Positions 22,576-32,304 of a DNA stretch of 64,000 nt are shown here, piece by piece. The notes beneath the pieces are model-generated. The model ran no database searches, was not told where the DNA came from, and saw only the letters and a program-made list of their open reading frames with translations. The position numbers were made by a program, and so were the translations under genes. The stretch's first letter is position 1, and every line of letters starts with the position of its first letter. This DNA is from Gammaproteobacteria bacterium (lineage in GTDB: Bacteria; Pseudomonadota; Gammaproteobacteria; CAJXQU01), in NCBI GenBank assembly GCA_965238175.1, contig CBDEGZ010000003.1:32001-96000 (forward strand). The letters run 5' to 3'.

Positions 22576-23622
22576 ATGACTACTCAAAACACAGATCCCA
22601 CATCAAACAATTCTTTTTTTAAGATCATTTTTTTCAATATTTGTATTCTCTCTTTTTTGGTTCTTATTCTTTTGGGGATCTTCGAAGCATATTTAAGAAT
22701 CACTATTCCAGAATTATCTAGCGAATCAATTTTCACTTATACGCTGGACACTAAACGATATAAATTAATGAAGAAAGATGCCAGCATTATTGCATGGGGT
22801 GAAGAGCTACGCACGAATGAATTAGGGTTTAGAGATAATCAGACAGCTGTTCCTGATAAACGATCAGACGAATTCCGAGTGGTTGTTTTGGGGGATTCGT
22901 TTACGGTTTCTGCTGGGGTCAATTTTGACTCTATCTATACGACATTGTTAGAAAAAAATCTGCAAAAACAATTTAAGAATATCGAAGTGATGAATCTTGC
23001 GGTAGCTGGTTATAACATTGTTCAATATGAAATGGTACTGAATGAGGTTGCCCTGGATCTAAGACCTGATCTAATATTAGTCTCGGTTTTTCCAAGCAAT
23101 GATTTTAGTATGACAATCTACGATAATAATTTTCTCATTGCTAGAGGAGAAGATGTTAAACAAGAAGAGATATTCTGGTTTAGAAAATCCTATGTTTACC
23201 GGGCCTTTTTGTGGCGAGTTAAGAGCAAACTTAAAAGTCTTTTTGTTAGACCTGTTAAAAATGAATCCCAAATTGCTGAAGCGAGGAAAGAAAGTGAGCG
23301 TGGTTGGATGGAGAACTTAGCTGCATTAAATCGGATCCTAAAAACTGCACAAGAAAAGAATATTCCCACCGTGGTTACTTTGTTGCCTGATAGCTGGAGT
23401 TATGAGGCACAACATAAATCAATTGATCGAATTAAAACATATTTATCAAAGAGAAATGTTGAGCCTGTTGTCTTACTATATCCTTTTATCGAAAGCGGAA
23501 TTAAAGAACCAGAGCTTCGGGTAAACCTGCTCGACAGTCATCCGAACAAACAATATAACATTCTGGTTTCCGAAACTTTGACACCATATCTAGGCAAGAT
23601 CATTTCTGAGAACATCAATTAA
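22576..23622 (+). CDS. Membrane-anchored SGNH/GDSL-family hydrolase/acyltransferase
   Basis: N-terminal TM; blocks LGDSFT, NLAVAGY, SND, DSHPN. Confidence 0.88.
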   Translation: MTTQNTDPTSNNSFFKIIFFNICILSFLVLILLGIFEAYLRITIPELSSESIFTYTLDTKRYKLMKKDASIIAWGEELRTNELGFRDNQTAVPDKRSDEFRVVVLGDSFTVSAGVNFDSIYTTLLEKNLQKQFKNIEVMNLAVAGYNIVQYEMVLNEVALDLRPDLILVSVFPSNDFSMTIYDNNFLIARGEDVKQEEIFWFRKSYVYRAFLWRVKSKLKSLFVRPVKNESQIAEARKESERGWMENLAALNRILKTAQEKNIPTVVTLLPDSWSYEAQHKSIDRIKTYLSKRNVEPVVLLYPFIESGIKEPELRVNLLDSHPNKQYNILVSETLTPYLGKIISENIN

Positions 23623-23751
23623 AATGTACAATCAAAAAAAAACTATTTTTTGGCCAAAGTTAAATTGCGTTAACCTTTGTTGCACACCAAATTATTACAA
23701 AAATTTCTGTGATAAACTCGTCTTACATTGGAAGTGAACAAGAGGATCTGC

Positions 23752-25596
23752 ATGGAAGTATATATTCTTGGTTTATCGGCTTATTATCATGATAGCGCAG
23801 CAGCGTTAATCAAAGATGGTAAAATTGTCGCAGCAGCACAAGAGGAACGTTTTACCCGTAAAAAACATGATCCAAGCTTTCCAGATAATGCAATCAAATA
23901 TTGTTTAGAAGAGGCAAGTATTCAACTGTCAGATGTTGATCATGTCATATTTTATGACAAGCCTCTGATCAAATTTGAGCGACTGATCGAAACTTATTTA
24001 AGTTACGCACCAAAAGGGCTACGATCATTTATCACTGCAATGCCTGTTTGGTTGAAAGAAAAACTTTATCTTAAAACGGTTCTTAAAAAAGAGTTATCCA
24101 AAACGGGCAATATCCCTCAAAAAGAATTACCTAATTTATTATTTAATGAGCACCATAAATCACATGCGGCGTCTGCATTTTATCCGAGTCCTTTCGAGAA
24201 TGCAGCGGTTATGTGTCTTGATGGTGTTGGTGAATGGGCAACGTCTTCTGTTTGGTTAGGTGATGGAAGAGAATTGACTCCACAATGGGAGATCGATTTT
24301 CCACATTCACTCGGTTTACTCTACTCAGCATTTACTTACTACACTGGTTTTCGGGTCAATTCTGGTGAGTACAAACTCATGGGACTGGCTCCTTATGGAG
24401 AGCCAAAATACGTCGATTTGATCCTCGATAATTTGATCGATGTTAAAGAAGACGGTAGCTATCGCCTGAACATGGAATATTTTGATTATGCCATTGGCTT
24501 GACCATGACGAATCAAAAATTTAGTGACTTATTCGGCGTACCCGTCAGAGCTCCAGAAAGTCCACTTAGTCAACATGAAATGGATATTGCGCGATCAATT
24601 CAGGTCGTGACTGAAGACATCGTTTTAAAACTCGCAAGATCGGTGCATAAAGAATTAGGCGTTGATAACTTATGTCTTGCCGGTGGCGTCGCTTTGAACT
24701 GCGTATCTAATGGACGACTATTGCGAGAAGGACCTTTTAAAGAAATCTGGATCCAACCTGCAGCAGGCGATGCGGGTGGTGCAATCGGTGCGGCACTTTC
24801 AGTTTGGTATGAATATTTAGGGAATGAACGCACCGTTGATGAAAATGATTCTATGCAGGGTTCTTATTTAGGACCCCGCTATAGCAATAATGAAATCAAA
24901 GAATCGCTGAATGCATTGGGTGCTAATTATCGTTATCTGGATAGCGATGAATTAATGCCTGAATTAGCGGAAATTCTGGATAATGGAAATGTTATTGGTT
25001 GGATGCAGGGCAGAATGGAGTTTGGCCCACGAGCATTAGGCGGTCGCTCAATTATTGGAGATCCAAGAAATACTCAAATGCAATCAACGATGAATCTTAA
25101 GATCAAATATCGTGAGTCTTTTCGTCCGTTTGCACCTTCGATACTAGCGGATCGTGTTTCAGACTATTTTGAGCATGAGGCGACAAGTCCTTATATGTTG
25201 ATGGTTGCGCCGGTTGCTAAAAATCTACGGGTCAAAATGACAGAAGAAGAGGAGAAATTATTTGGCGTCGAAAAACTGAAAATACCACGCTCAGAACTCC
25301 CGGCAATTACCCATGTAGATTATTCTGCACGGATCCAAACTGTACATGAGCATACAAATCCTGGTTATCATCAACTGTTAACCGCGTTTGATCAGCGCAC
25401 GGGCTGCCCTGTTTTGGTCAATACATCTTTCAATGTGCGCGGTGAACCGATCGTTAATACCCCAGAAGATGCTTATCGTTGTTTTATGCGTACTGAAATG
25501 GACTGCCTGGTAATTGAAAACTACATCTTACTAAAAAAAGATCAGCCTGAAATGGAAAAAGATGACTCCTGGAAAGAAGAATTCGAGCTGGATTGA
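23752..25596 (+). CDS. O-carbamoyltransferase (NodU/CmcH/SxtI family)
   Basis: YYHDSAAAL, QEERFTRKKH, EHHKSHAAS, GEYKLMGLAPYG, AGGVALNC, GRMEFGPRALG.RS, RESFRPFAP, NTSFNVRGEPIV; AGAGGA RBS before ATG 23752. Confidence 0.95.
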   Translation: MEVYILGLSAYYHDSAAALIKDGKIVAAAQEERFTRKKHDPSFPDNAIKYCLEEASIQLSDVDHVIFYDKPLIKFERLIETYLSYAPKGLRSFITAMPVWLKEKLYLKTVLKKELSKTGNIPQKELPNLLFNEHHKSHAASAFYPSPFENAAVMCLDGVGEWATSSVWLGDGRELTPQWEIDFPHSLGLLYSAFTYYTGFRVNSGEYKLMGLAPYGEPKYVDLILDNLIDVKEDGSYRLNMEYFDYAIGLTMTNQKFSDLFGVPVRAPESPLSQHEMDIARSIQVVTEDIVLKLARSVHKELGVDNLCLAGGVALNCVSNGRLLREGPFKEIWIQPAAGDAGGAIGAALSVWYEYLGNERTVDENDSMQGSYLGPRYSNNEIKESLNALGANYRYLDSDELMPELAEILDNGNVIGWMQGRMEFGPRALGGRSIIGDPRNTQMQSTMNLKIKYRESFRPFAPSILADRVSDYFEHEATSPYMLMVAPVAKNLRVKMTEEEEKLFGVEKLKIPRSELPAITHVDYSARIQTVHEHTNPGYHQLLTAFDQRTGCPVLVNTSFNVRGEPIVNTPEDAYRCFMRTEMDCLVIENYILLKKDQPEMEKDDSWKEEFELD

Positions 25597-25609
25597 GGAG
25601 TAAAAAAAT

Positions 25610-26017
25610 ATGACACATGTAATACCAGAATTAGATAGTAAAGGATTACGCCAATTTGGTTTGATGGCAGCAGGATTTTTTGCCGGTATATTTGGTTTGA
25701 TTTTGCCTTGGCTTGCAGATGCAAATATTCCAACCTGGCCATGGGTACTGGCAGCTATTTTTGTGGCCTGGGCTTTACTCGCTCCAGCGACAATAGAGCC
25801 GCTATATAAAGTTTGGATGAAAGTCGCTATGTTTATAGGCGGCATTATCAATAAGATTGTGCTTTCGATCGCCTTCTTTGGCGTATTACTTCCAATTGGA
25901 TTGATATTACGTTTGACAGGCAACAAACCAATAAAAAATGAACTAGATGAAAATATTAAAAGTTATCGTGTACTGAGTGTTTTGGACAAACGCGAAAAAA
26001 TGGAGAAACCTTTCTAA
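25610..26017 (+). CDS. SxtJ-family membrane protein
   Basis: LRQFGL, P...L.PLYKVWM...GG..NKIVL...PIG, ends MEKPF; follows the carbamoyltransferase; GAGGAG RBS. Confidence 0.85.
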   Translation: MTHVIPELDSKGLRQFGLMAAGFFAGIFGLILPWLADANIPTWPWVLAAIFVAWALLAPATIEPLYKVWMKVAMFIGGIINKIVLSIAFFGVLLPIGLILRLTGNKPIKNELDENIKSYRVLSVLDKREKMEKPF

Positions 26018-26169
26018 TGATAGATCTAATACAAGACTTATGGGCGTTTATGAAGGAACGAAAAAAATTCTGGATGGCTCCATTAATAATGGTTTTATTA
26101 CTGCTAGGTGCATTGATTGTTTTTGTTCAAGGCTCAGCGGTCGCGCCTTTCATATACACCTTATTTTAG
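26017..26169 (+). CDS. DUF5989/SxtK-family 50-aa membrane micropeptide (below ORF-track cutoff)
   Basis: ATG overlaps the upstream stop (TAATG); MIDLIQDLWAFMKERKKFWMAPLIMVLLLLGALIVFVQGSAVAPFIYTLF*. Confidence 0.9.
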   Translation: MIDLIQDLWAFMKERKKFWMAPLIMVLLLLGALIVFVQGSAVAPFIYTLF

Positions 26170-26274
26170 AAAGTAGTGACGAGTGGATAGCATCCGACAA
26201 GGGGGCTATCCATTTTTGATAGTTTGTTTTCATAGATCAGAACTTATCTTTTTCTTAATATGGAGATAAGTGTC

Positions 26275-26529
26275 GATATCCAAACCACTAGCAAATGCAG
26301 ATTTCAGCATGCCCAAGCTGTTATGTAGCAAGGCAGCATACGCCGAGAATGGTGTTCATTTTCAAGTATGCTAACACGGTGGTGTGACACTTGGCCTCGG
26401 CTTGTGAGTAAAGCTATCGGTCGCTGCGTTGTGTCTTTTGAAAAGGAACCACCCTTTCCTGCAGGACACGCCTTACCAGCAAGACCGATAGCTTCACTGA
26501 AAACTGCATTTGTTAGTAGTTTGGGTATA
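26275..26529. repeat. ERIC-like MITE with two internal hairpin modules, upstream of deaD
   Basis: Terminal repeats of about 33 bp gatatccaaaccactagcaaatgcagatttcag / ctgaaaactgcatttgttagtagtttgggtata; inner caaggc...gagaatgg..cattttc and gcgttgtgtc..aaagg-aacca-ccctttc..gacacgcctt modules. Confidence 0.85.
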
Positions 26530-26632
26530 AATTGTTTCATGGTACTATCCTCCGAATTAGATCCCGATTCTCAATAGTTCAGCGTAATTCTTAAACATTT
26601 CACGCGTTCCATTTATTTCAGGTACAAACAAC

Positions 26633-28426
26633 ATGACCAGCGACACGGTTACTGCGTTTAATCAATTAGCGCTAGATAAATCTCTTTTAAAAGCATTGGA
26701 TGATGTGGGATATGAAACACCTTCGCCGATCCAGGCAGAAACAATTCCCCTCATATTAGACGGTAAAGATATTATTGGGCAGGCTCAAACAGGCACCGGT
26801 AAAACTGCTGCTTTCGCCTTACCCTTTTTATCAAATCTTGATCTAAAACAAAAAGATCCACAGGTGCTTGTTTTAGCACCTACGCGAGAGCTGGCTATTC
26901 AAGTTTCTGAAGCCTTTCAAAAATATGCACGCCATTTGAAAGGTTTTCATGTTCTTCCTGTCTACGGCGGTCAGGAATATGGGGGCCAGATCCGTAGTTT
27001 AAAACGGGGTGTTCATGTGGTGGTTGGAACACCTGGACGCATTATGGATCACATGCGCAAAGGCACTTTAAAACTGGATAACCTAAAAGCTCTGGTTTTG
27101 GATGAAGCCGATGAAATGCTGCGAATGGGTTTTATCGATGATGTCGAATGGGTACTTGAACAGACACCATCAACCAGGCAGATAGCGTTATTTTCGGCAA
27201 CAATGCCTCAACAGATCCGACGTATTGCCACAAAATATTTAAATAACCCAGAACAAATCACCATTAAGGTTAAGACGACAACAGCAGAAACTATTCGACA
27301 GCGTTATTGTATCGTCAATGGAATGAATAATAAGTTAGAAGCGCTGACGCGAATTCTGGAAGCAGAAACGTTTGAAGCGATGCTCATTTTTGTACGAACC
27401 AAAACCGCCACGGTTGAATTGGCTGAAAAACTGGAAGCACGAGGCTATGCAGCTGCGGCACTCAATGGTGATATAGCGCAAAATCTACGCGAACGAACCG
27501 TCAATCGTTTGAAAAAAGGGCAGTTGGATCTATTAGTTGCAACTGATGTTGCTGCTCGTGGCCTTGATGTTGAAAGGATCAGCCATGTGATAAATTTTGA
27601 TATTCCACATGACACCGAATCCTACGTGCATCGTATCGGAAGAACTGGGCGTGCTGGTCGCGAAGGTGATGCTATTTTATTTGCTGCACCGCGTGAAAAA
27701 CGCATGTTAGGTGCCATCGAAAAGGCGACACGAAAAAAGATCGAACAAATGGAGCTTCCGTCTACTGATGCGATCAATCAAAGGAGAGTTGTTCAGTTTA
27801 AGCAACGTATTTCCGATACATTAGAGTCAGAAAATTTGAAATTTTTCTCTAATTTGATCGGAGAATATCAACAGGAAAGCAATGCATCCGGCGAAGATAT
27901 TGCCGCAGCACTTGCTCATCTTTTACAAGGTGATACACCATTCCTTTTGAAGAATCTTCCTCCACAGAAAAAATCTCAGAAACAAGAAGGTAACAATCGA
28001 ACTAAAGACAGAGGCGATCAAAAACCACGTAAAGATCGTGATCGATCTAAATCACCAAGGAAAGATGATTCTCCGCTTGAAGAAGGTATGCAGCGCTACC
28101 GCTTAGAAGTTGGAAACAATCATGATGTTCGTCCGGCAAATATTGTTGGCGCGATTGCAAATGAAGCAGGGATTGATAGCCAATATATAGGTAGGATCAG
28201 TATTCGTGATGATTACAGTGTGGTTGATTTGCCCGAAGGTATGCCCAAAGAAATTTTTAATGATCTGAAAAAAGCTTGGGTATCTGGTCAGCGACTGAAC
28301 ATTTCAATTTTTTCTGAAGAAAGAAATTCGAGTAACCCAAGAAGAAAACCTTCCGGTAATTCGAGCAAAAAACCAAGAAACAAAACGAAAACTAAAGCAA
28401 AACCTGAAAAGAAGAAGTCTTTATAA
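26633..28426 (+). CDS. deaD: DEAD-box RNA helicase DeaD/CsdA
   Basis: AQTGTGKT, PTRELA, LDEADEM, SAT, HRIGRTGRAG, C-terminal RBD (IVGAIANEAG). Confidence 0.95.
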   Translation: MTSDTVTAFNQLALDKSLLKALDDVGYETPSPIQAETIPLILDGKDIIGQAQTGTGKTAAFALPFLSNLDLKQKDPQVLVLAPTRELAIQVSEAFQKYARHLKGFHVLPVYGGQEYGGQIRSLKRGVHVVVGTPGRIMDHMRKGTLKLDNLKALVLDEADEMLRMGFIDDVEWVLEQTPSTRQIALFSATMPQQIRRIATKYLNNPEQITIKVKTTTAETIRQRYCIVNGMNNKLEALTRILEAETFEAMLIFVRTKTATVELAEKLEARGYAAAALNGDIAQNLRERTVNRLKKGQLDLLVATDVAARGLDVERISHVINFDIPHDTESYVHRIGRTGRAGREGDAILFAAPREKRMLGAIEKATRKKIEQMELPSTDAINQRRVVQFKQRISDTLESENLKFFSNLIGEYQQESNASGEDIAAALAHLLQGDTPFLLKNLPPQKKSQKQEGNNRTKDRGDQKPRKDRDRSKSPRKDDSPLEEGMQRYRLEVGNNHDVRPANIVGAIANEAGIDSQYIGRISIRDDYSVVDLPEGMPKEIFNDLKKAWVSGQRLNISIFSEERNSSNPRRKPSGNSSKKPRNKTKTKAKPEKKKSL

Positions 28427-28457
28427 AAAGGCCGATTAATTTTCTATTTTACTGGCA

Positions 28458-29060
28458 TTATTTTCTGATGCTGGACTTTAACGCGAGGCGAATAATTTCT
28501 TCGCTGCTGAGTCCATCGATTTCAAGTTCTGCAACCGTACGACTCGCTTCTTGTGGTTTAAAACCCAGAGAAATCAGAGCGCTGATTGCATCATTTTCTG
28601 CTGAAGCAGAAGTTATTTTTTGACCTGTTGAAGCCGCATTTGCAAGTTTTATTTCCCAGTCATCGAGTCGATCTCGCATTTCCACAATAAGGCGATCAGC
28701 AGTTTTCTTACCGATGCCTGGAAGTTTGATTAACCGAGCAGAATCTTTTTTGTGGATACACACGGCAAACTCTTGGGCCTCGATTCCGGAAAGTATTCCT
28801 AACGCTACTTTTGCACCGACACCATTTACTTTAATCAAGGTTCGGAACAGACGCCGTTCGTCTTCCGTGAAAAATCCAAATAATAATTGTGCGTCTTCTC
28901 TAACGACAAGGTGAGTGAATAATTGAACTTCTTGATTAATTTCTGGCAGCTTATAAAACGTCGTCATCGGTGTTTCTACTTCGTAACCCACGCCACCCAC
29001 ATCGATCAATAAATGTGGTGGTTGTTTCTCAAGTAGCAAACCTTTAAGTCGACCAATCAT
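28458..29060 (-). CDS. ruvA: Holliday junction branch migration protein RuvA
   Basis: MIGRLKG from ATG 29060 (overlaps ruvC stop), [26 protein letters not shown]. Confidence 0.97.
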   Translation of the reverse strand: MIGRLKGLLLEKQPPHLLIDVGGVGYEVETPMTTFYKLPEINQEVQLFTHLVVREDAQLLFGFFTEDERRLFRTLIKVNGVGAKVALGILSGIEAQEFAVCIHKKDSARLIKLPGIGKKTADRLIVEMRDRLDDWEIKLANAASTGQKITSASAENDAISALISLGFKPQEASRTVAELEIDGLSSEEIIRLALKSSIRK

Positions 29061-29572
29061 GCGGAATTTCTCATTAATAATGCAGATTGTCGAGAATGAG
29101 CATGACAAACGGCGACTGCCAGTGCATCAGCTTGATCTTCCTGAGGTGCTTTGGCAAGCAACAACAACATTTTGATCATATGTTGGACTTGTGATTTGTC
29201 TGCATGTCCACGTCCAACGATTGATTGTTTAATCCGGTTTGGACTATATTCAAAAACTTCGAGATCACCCTGCATTGCAGCAACCATCGCCGCTCCTCGT
29301 GCTTGACCTAATTTGAGAGCAGAATCCGCGTTTTTATTCATAAAGACCTTTTCGATAGCCAACTCTTGTGGCTGATATTTTTCCATCAGCACAGAAACTT
29401 CAATAAAGATCTCTTTTAATCTTGTCGAGAATTCGCTATCTTTAGAGGTTCTTATACACCCGCTGTGAACGTGCGTATTTTTTTGACCTTGTACATCAAT
29501 GATCCCGAATCCAGTAATACGAGACCCTGGATCAATTCCTAAAATTCTTACAGGTAATGTGTCTGGCTTCAA
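29057..29572 (-). CDS. ruvC: Holliday junction resolvase RuvC
   Basis: [34 protein letters not shown]. Confidence 0.97.
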   Translation of the reverse strand: MKPDTLPVRILGIDPGSRITGFGIIDVQGQKNTHVHSGCIRTSKDSEFSTRLKEIFIEVSVLMEKYQPQELAIEKVFMNKNADSALKLGQARGAAMVAAMQGDLEVFEYSPNRIKQSIVGRGHADKSQVQHMIKMLLLLAKAPQEDQADALAVAVCHAHSRQSALLMRNSA

Positions 29573-29593
29573 CCCAATTCAACCCAATTCAAA

Positions 29594-30340
29594 TTAACCA
29601 AGGGACTCCAAGATTTCGTCACTGATTTCCGCATTTGAATAAACTTCTTGAACATCGTCCAGATCTTCAAGCATGTCAGTTAATTTCATCATTGTCTCTG
29701 CCTGGCCTTGATCCAAATCAACAGTCGTTGCGGCCCGCATCGTAACTTCAGCCATATCAGAAGTCAGGCTGGCAGTATCAAGTGCATCTTTTACTACACC
29801 AAATTCTTCAGGGCTTGTGATGACTTCAATAGAACCATCTTCTTCATTAACGACATCGTCGGCACCACCGTCCAGCGCGGCTTCCATAACGGCATCTTCG
29901 TCGGCACCTGGCGCAAAACTAATCACACCAATTTTACTGAAGAGGTAGGCAACCGAACCATCTGTACCCATGTTCCCACCAAACTTTGTGAAAGCATGAC
30001 GTACTTCGGCTACTGTTCGGTTTTTATTATCGGTCATGCAGTCGACCATTACTGCAACTCCACCCGGACCGTAACCCTCATAACGAACCTCCTCCATATT
30101 GTCGTTATCTTCATTGCCCGCACCTCTTTTAACCGCACGTTCGATCGTATCTTTGGTCATGTTTTGAGAAAGAGCAGCATCAATTGCCGCGCGTAGTCGT
30201 GGATTGCTACCGGGATCTTCACCACCCATCTTTGCTGCTACAGTGATCTCGCGGATTAGTTTAGTAAAAATTTTACCGCGTTTGGCATCTTGACGCCCTT
30301 TTCGATGTTTGATGTTTGCCCATTTACTATGACCTGCCAT
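29594..30340 (-). CDS. yebC: YebC/PmpR family protein
   Basis: [28 protein letters not shown]. Confidence 0.96.
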   Translation of the reverse strand: MAGHSKWANIKHRKGRQDAKRGKIFTKLIREITVAAKMGGEDPGSNPRLRAAIDAALSQNMTKDTIERAVKRGAGNEDNDNMEEVRYEGYGPGGVAVMVDCMTDNKNRTVAEVRHAFTKFGGNMGTDGSVAYLFSKIGVISFAPGADEDAVMEAALDGGADDVVNEEDGSIEVITSPEEFGVVKDALDTASLTSDMAEVTMRAATTVDLDQGQAETMMKLTDMLEDLDDVQEVYSNAEISDEILESLG

Positions 30341-30789
30341 TTGATCCTCTTCATGCTGTGGTTAAACACGCCGGAAATTGTAACACTGCTCGTGAATGGA
30401 AGAAATTAGCACATGTTATGTCGTAACTAATTGTTTTATTTTCAGTTAAGGTTGACTTTGAATCAGTCCTTATAGCAACTTAAGTTATAAAGATTAAATT
30501 TATTACTTGGAATAGTAATAAATAAAAACCTTGTTTTGTTGGTCTTTGCATTATCATTAGCAGGCACGGCCTTTTCCTAACTGGGTCACCACGGATTTTG
30601 TCCGTACAGGACTATCCGGAACTCATTGCAACATTATTCATTATCTTTATTAACAACAAGTGTAGAGGTCTCCCAATAAAAATAAGCATGAATATTAATG
30701 GCTTCAGCAGATCCAAGAGCTTATTTAAGATTATTTTTTGTAAATTAAAAATGATTCTTGTAAGAGTTTTTTCAAATCAATTCTTCCAT

Positions 30790-31674
30790 TTAATTTGATG
30801 CACGTATCGTCACAATAGAGATTTCTGGTGGCACACGAAAACGTATTGGCAAAATACTTGTTCCTAATCCTGGTGTAACAAATAAATGTCGCGCATTCTC
30901 TATAATATGTCCAATGGCATATCGATCATCATAACGAGAAGGAACAACTAGCCTCCCCAACAGTGGAAGATTCACCTGCCCTCCGTGAGTATGGCCTGCA
31001 ATCGTAAGATCTACTCTATCAGGTATTTCTGGGAATAGATCTGGGTTATGAGTAAATGCAATTATGGATGAACCTTTTGGAACATCAGTTAACGCTTTAT
31101 CAATGTCATGTTCACCCTCCCAAAAATCACTGATCCCTGCCAACCAAAATGTATCCGCATTATTTTGAATAAGAATTGAGCGATCTTCTAAAACAGGAAT
31201 TCCATTATCGATGAACGCTTGAAAAACTTGATCATAATCAAACCACCAATCATGGTTACCCAACACGGCATAAACACCCAAACGTGCTTTAAGTTTTGAA
31301 AGGTATTTGGCACTTTTTTCTGGTGGAATAAAGGTTCCCCCAATCACACCATGAATAACAAAATCTCCAGCAAGTAAGATCAGATCGGGAGATGCAGCAT
31401 TTGTTTCCTGAACAATTCTCTCCAACATTTTAAAGCCATGGTGTGGAGAGCCTGTATGTAAATCTGCCAGTACAGCAATACGTAATGGTTCTTTTTTATA
31501 CCATTTTTGAGTGACTATCTCATATTCTTCTACTTGTAATGAAGAAGGCTCCCACCAGAAAGCCCAAGCTGATAAAAAAACCGCAACGATCAAAAATCCT
31601 GAAATGATTATTTTGAGATTTTTCAATTTAAAAACACTAAAGTTATAATTTCCCCTACATACTATAATAATCAA
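30790..31674 (-). CDS. Membrane-anchored calcineurin-like metallophosphoesterase (start may be downstream)
   Basis: DLH, GDF, GNHD, HNPD, GHTHGGQ. Confidence 0.9.
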   Translation of the reverse strand: MIIIVCRGNYNFSVFKLKNLKIIISGFLIVAVFLSAWAFWWEPSSLQVEEYEIVTQKWYKKEPLRIAVLADLHTGSPHHGFKMLERIVQETNAASPDLILLAGDFVIHGVIGGTFIPPEKSAKYLSKLKARLGVYAVLGNHDWWFDYDQVFQAFIDNGIPVLEDRSILIQNNADTFWLAGISDFWEGEHDIDKALTDVPKGSSIIAFTHNPDLFPEIPDRVDLTIAGHTHGGQVNLPLLGRLVVPSRYDDRYAIGHIIENARHLFVTPGLGTSILPIRFRVPPEISIVTIRASN

Positions 31675-31869
31675 ATAATCATTTCTAAAATGTCATATTA
31701 TGAAAATATTCTAGAGAACGGAAAAGCTATACTGCGCGAATTGTCTAAAAATAGTTAGATTCTGTGTAAATTCAACTCAATGAAAAAGATCGTGACATGT
31801 CGTTTAACAGTCATTGTGGATCATTATTGATTTCTTTTTTTGAACTACTTCGATTAAAAAGTTGCTGCC

Positions 31870-32180
31870 CTACATCTGCCATACTTTCTTTACTGAGACG
31901 AATAACTTGTGCAAGTTGTGTCTGTTCAAAAAGGAATCAAGGAAGAATCAACACTCTGTTAAAATCAAGCTATTCTCTGCACTCCTGTCATTATTGTGAC
32001 TAATCACCTGCACCTCCTTGTAACACCAACGAGTAAAGAGGAGTTGGCAAAATTTATACAATCGTTAGCCAATCGATATGTTCGATATTTTAATACAAAG
32101 CATCAGCGAACAAATACTATCTGGAAAGGACATTTTAAATAATGAATCCGATTAAGACGAATATCATGAAAAACCTTAAT
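31870..32180 (+). pseudogene. REP-associated tyrosine transposase (RAYT/TnpA-REP, Y1 HUH) remnant
   Basis: Frame from 31987 reads VIIVTNHLHLLVTPTSKEELAKFIQSLANRYVRYFNTKHQRTNTIWKGHFK*, then NPIK; resembles RAYT MTNHVHLL.TP...RYVRYFN..Y.RTGTLWEGRF...NPVR. Confidence 0.8.
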
Positions 32181-32304
32181 CTGTTTAATAGGCTACCCGA
32201 CTTCATGGTTGGATAATTGTTTTAAGACGTTTGCTATGATTAGCAAAATAGTGTCAATGTACCGATAAGAAAAAATCCATTTTTTCTTAATCTTAATTTA
32301 GCTG

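Noticed and set aside
22576-26169. Saxitoxin biosynthesis cluster
   Set aside because: Only sxtI/J/K/L-like families are present. No sxtA, sxtG, sxtB or other core genes occur in the window, and this module is common in non-toxic bacteria.
25977-26219. 80-aa ORF in the track
   Set aside because: Wrong frame; the real gene is the 50-aa DUF5989-type ORF at 26017-26169.
26304-26577. ORFs 26304-26540 and 26368-26577 (also 2936-3121)
   Set aside because: They lie within palindromic MITEs and have no protein-like features.
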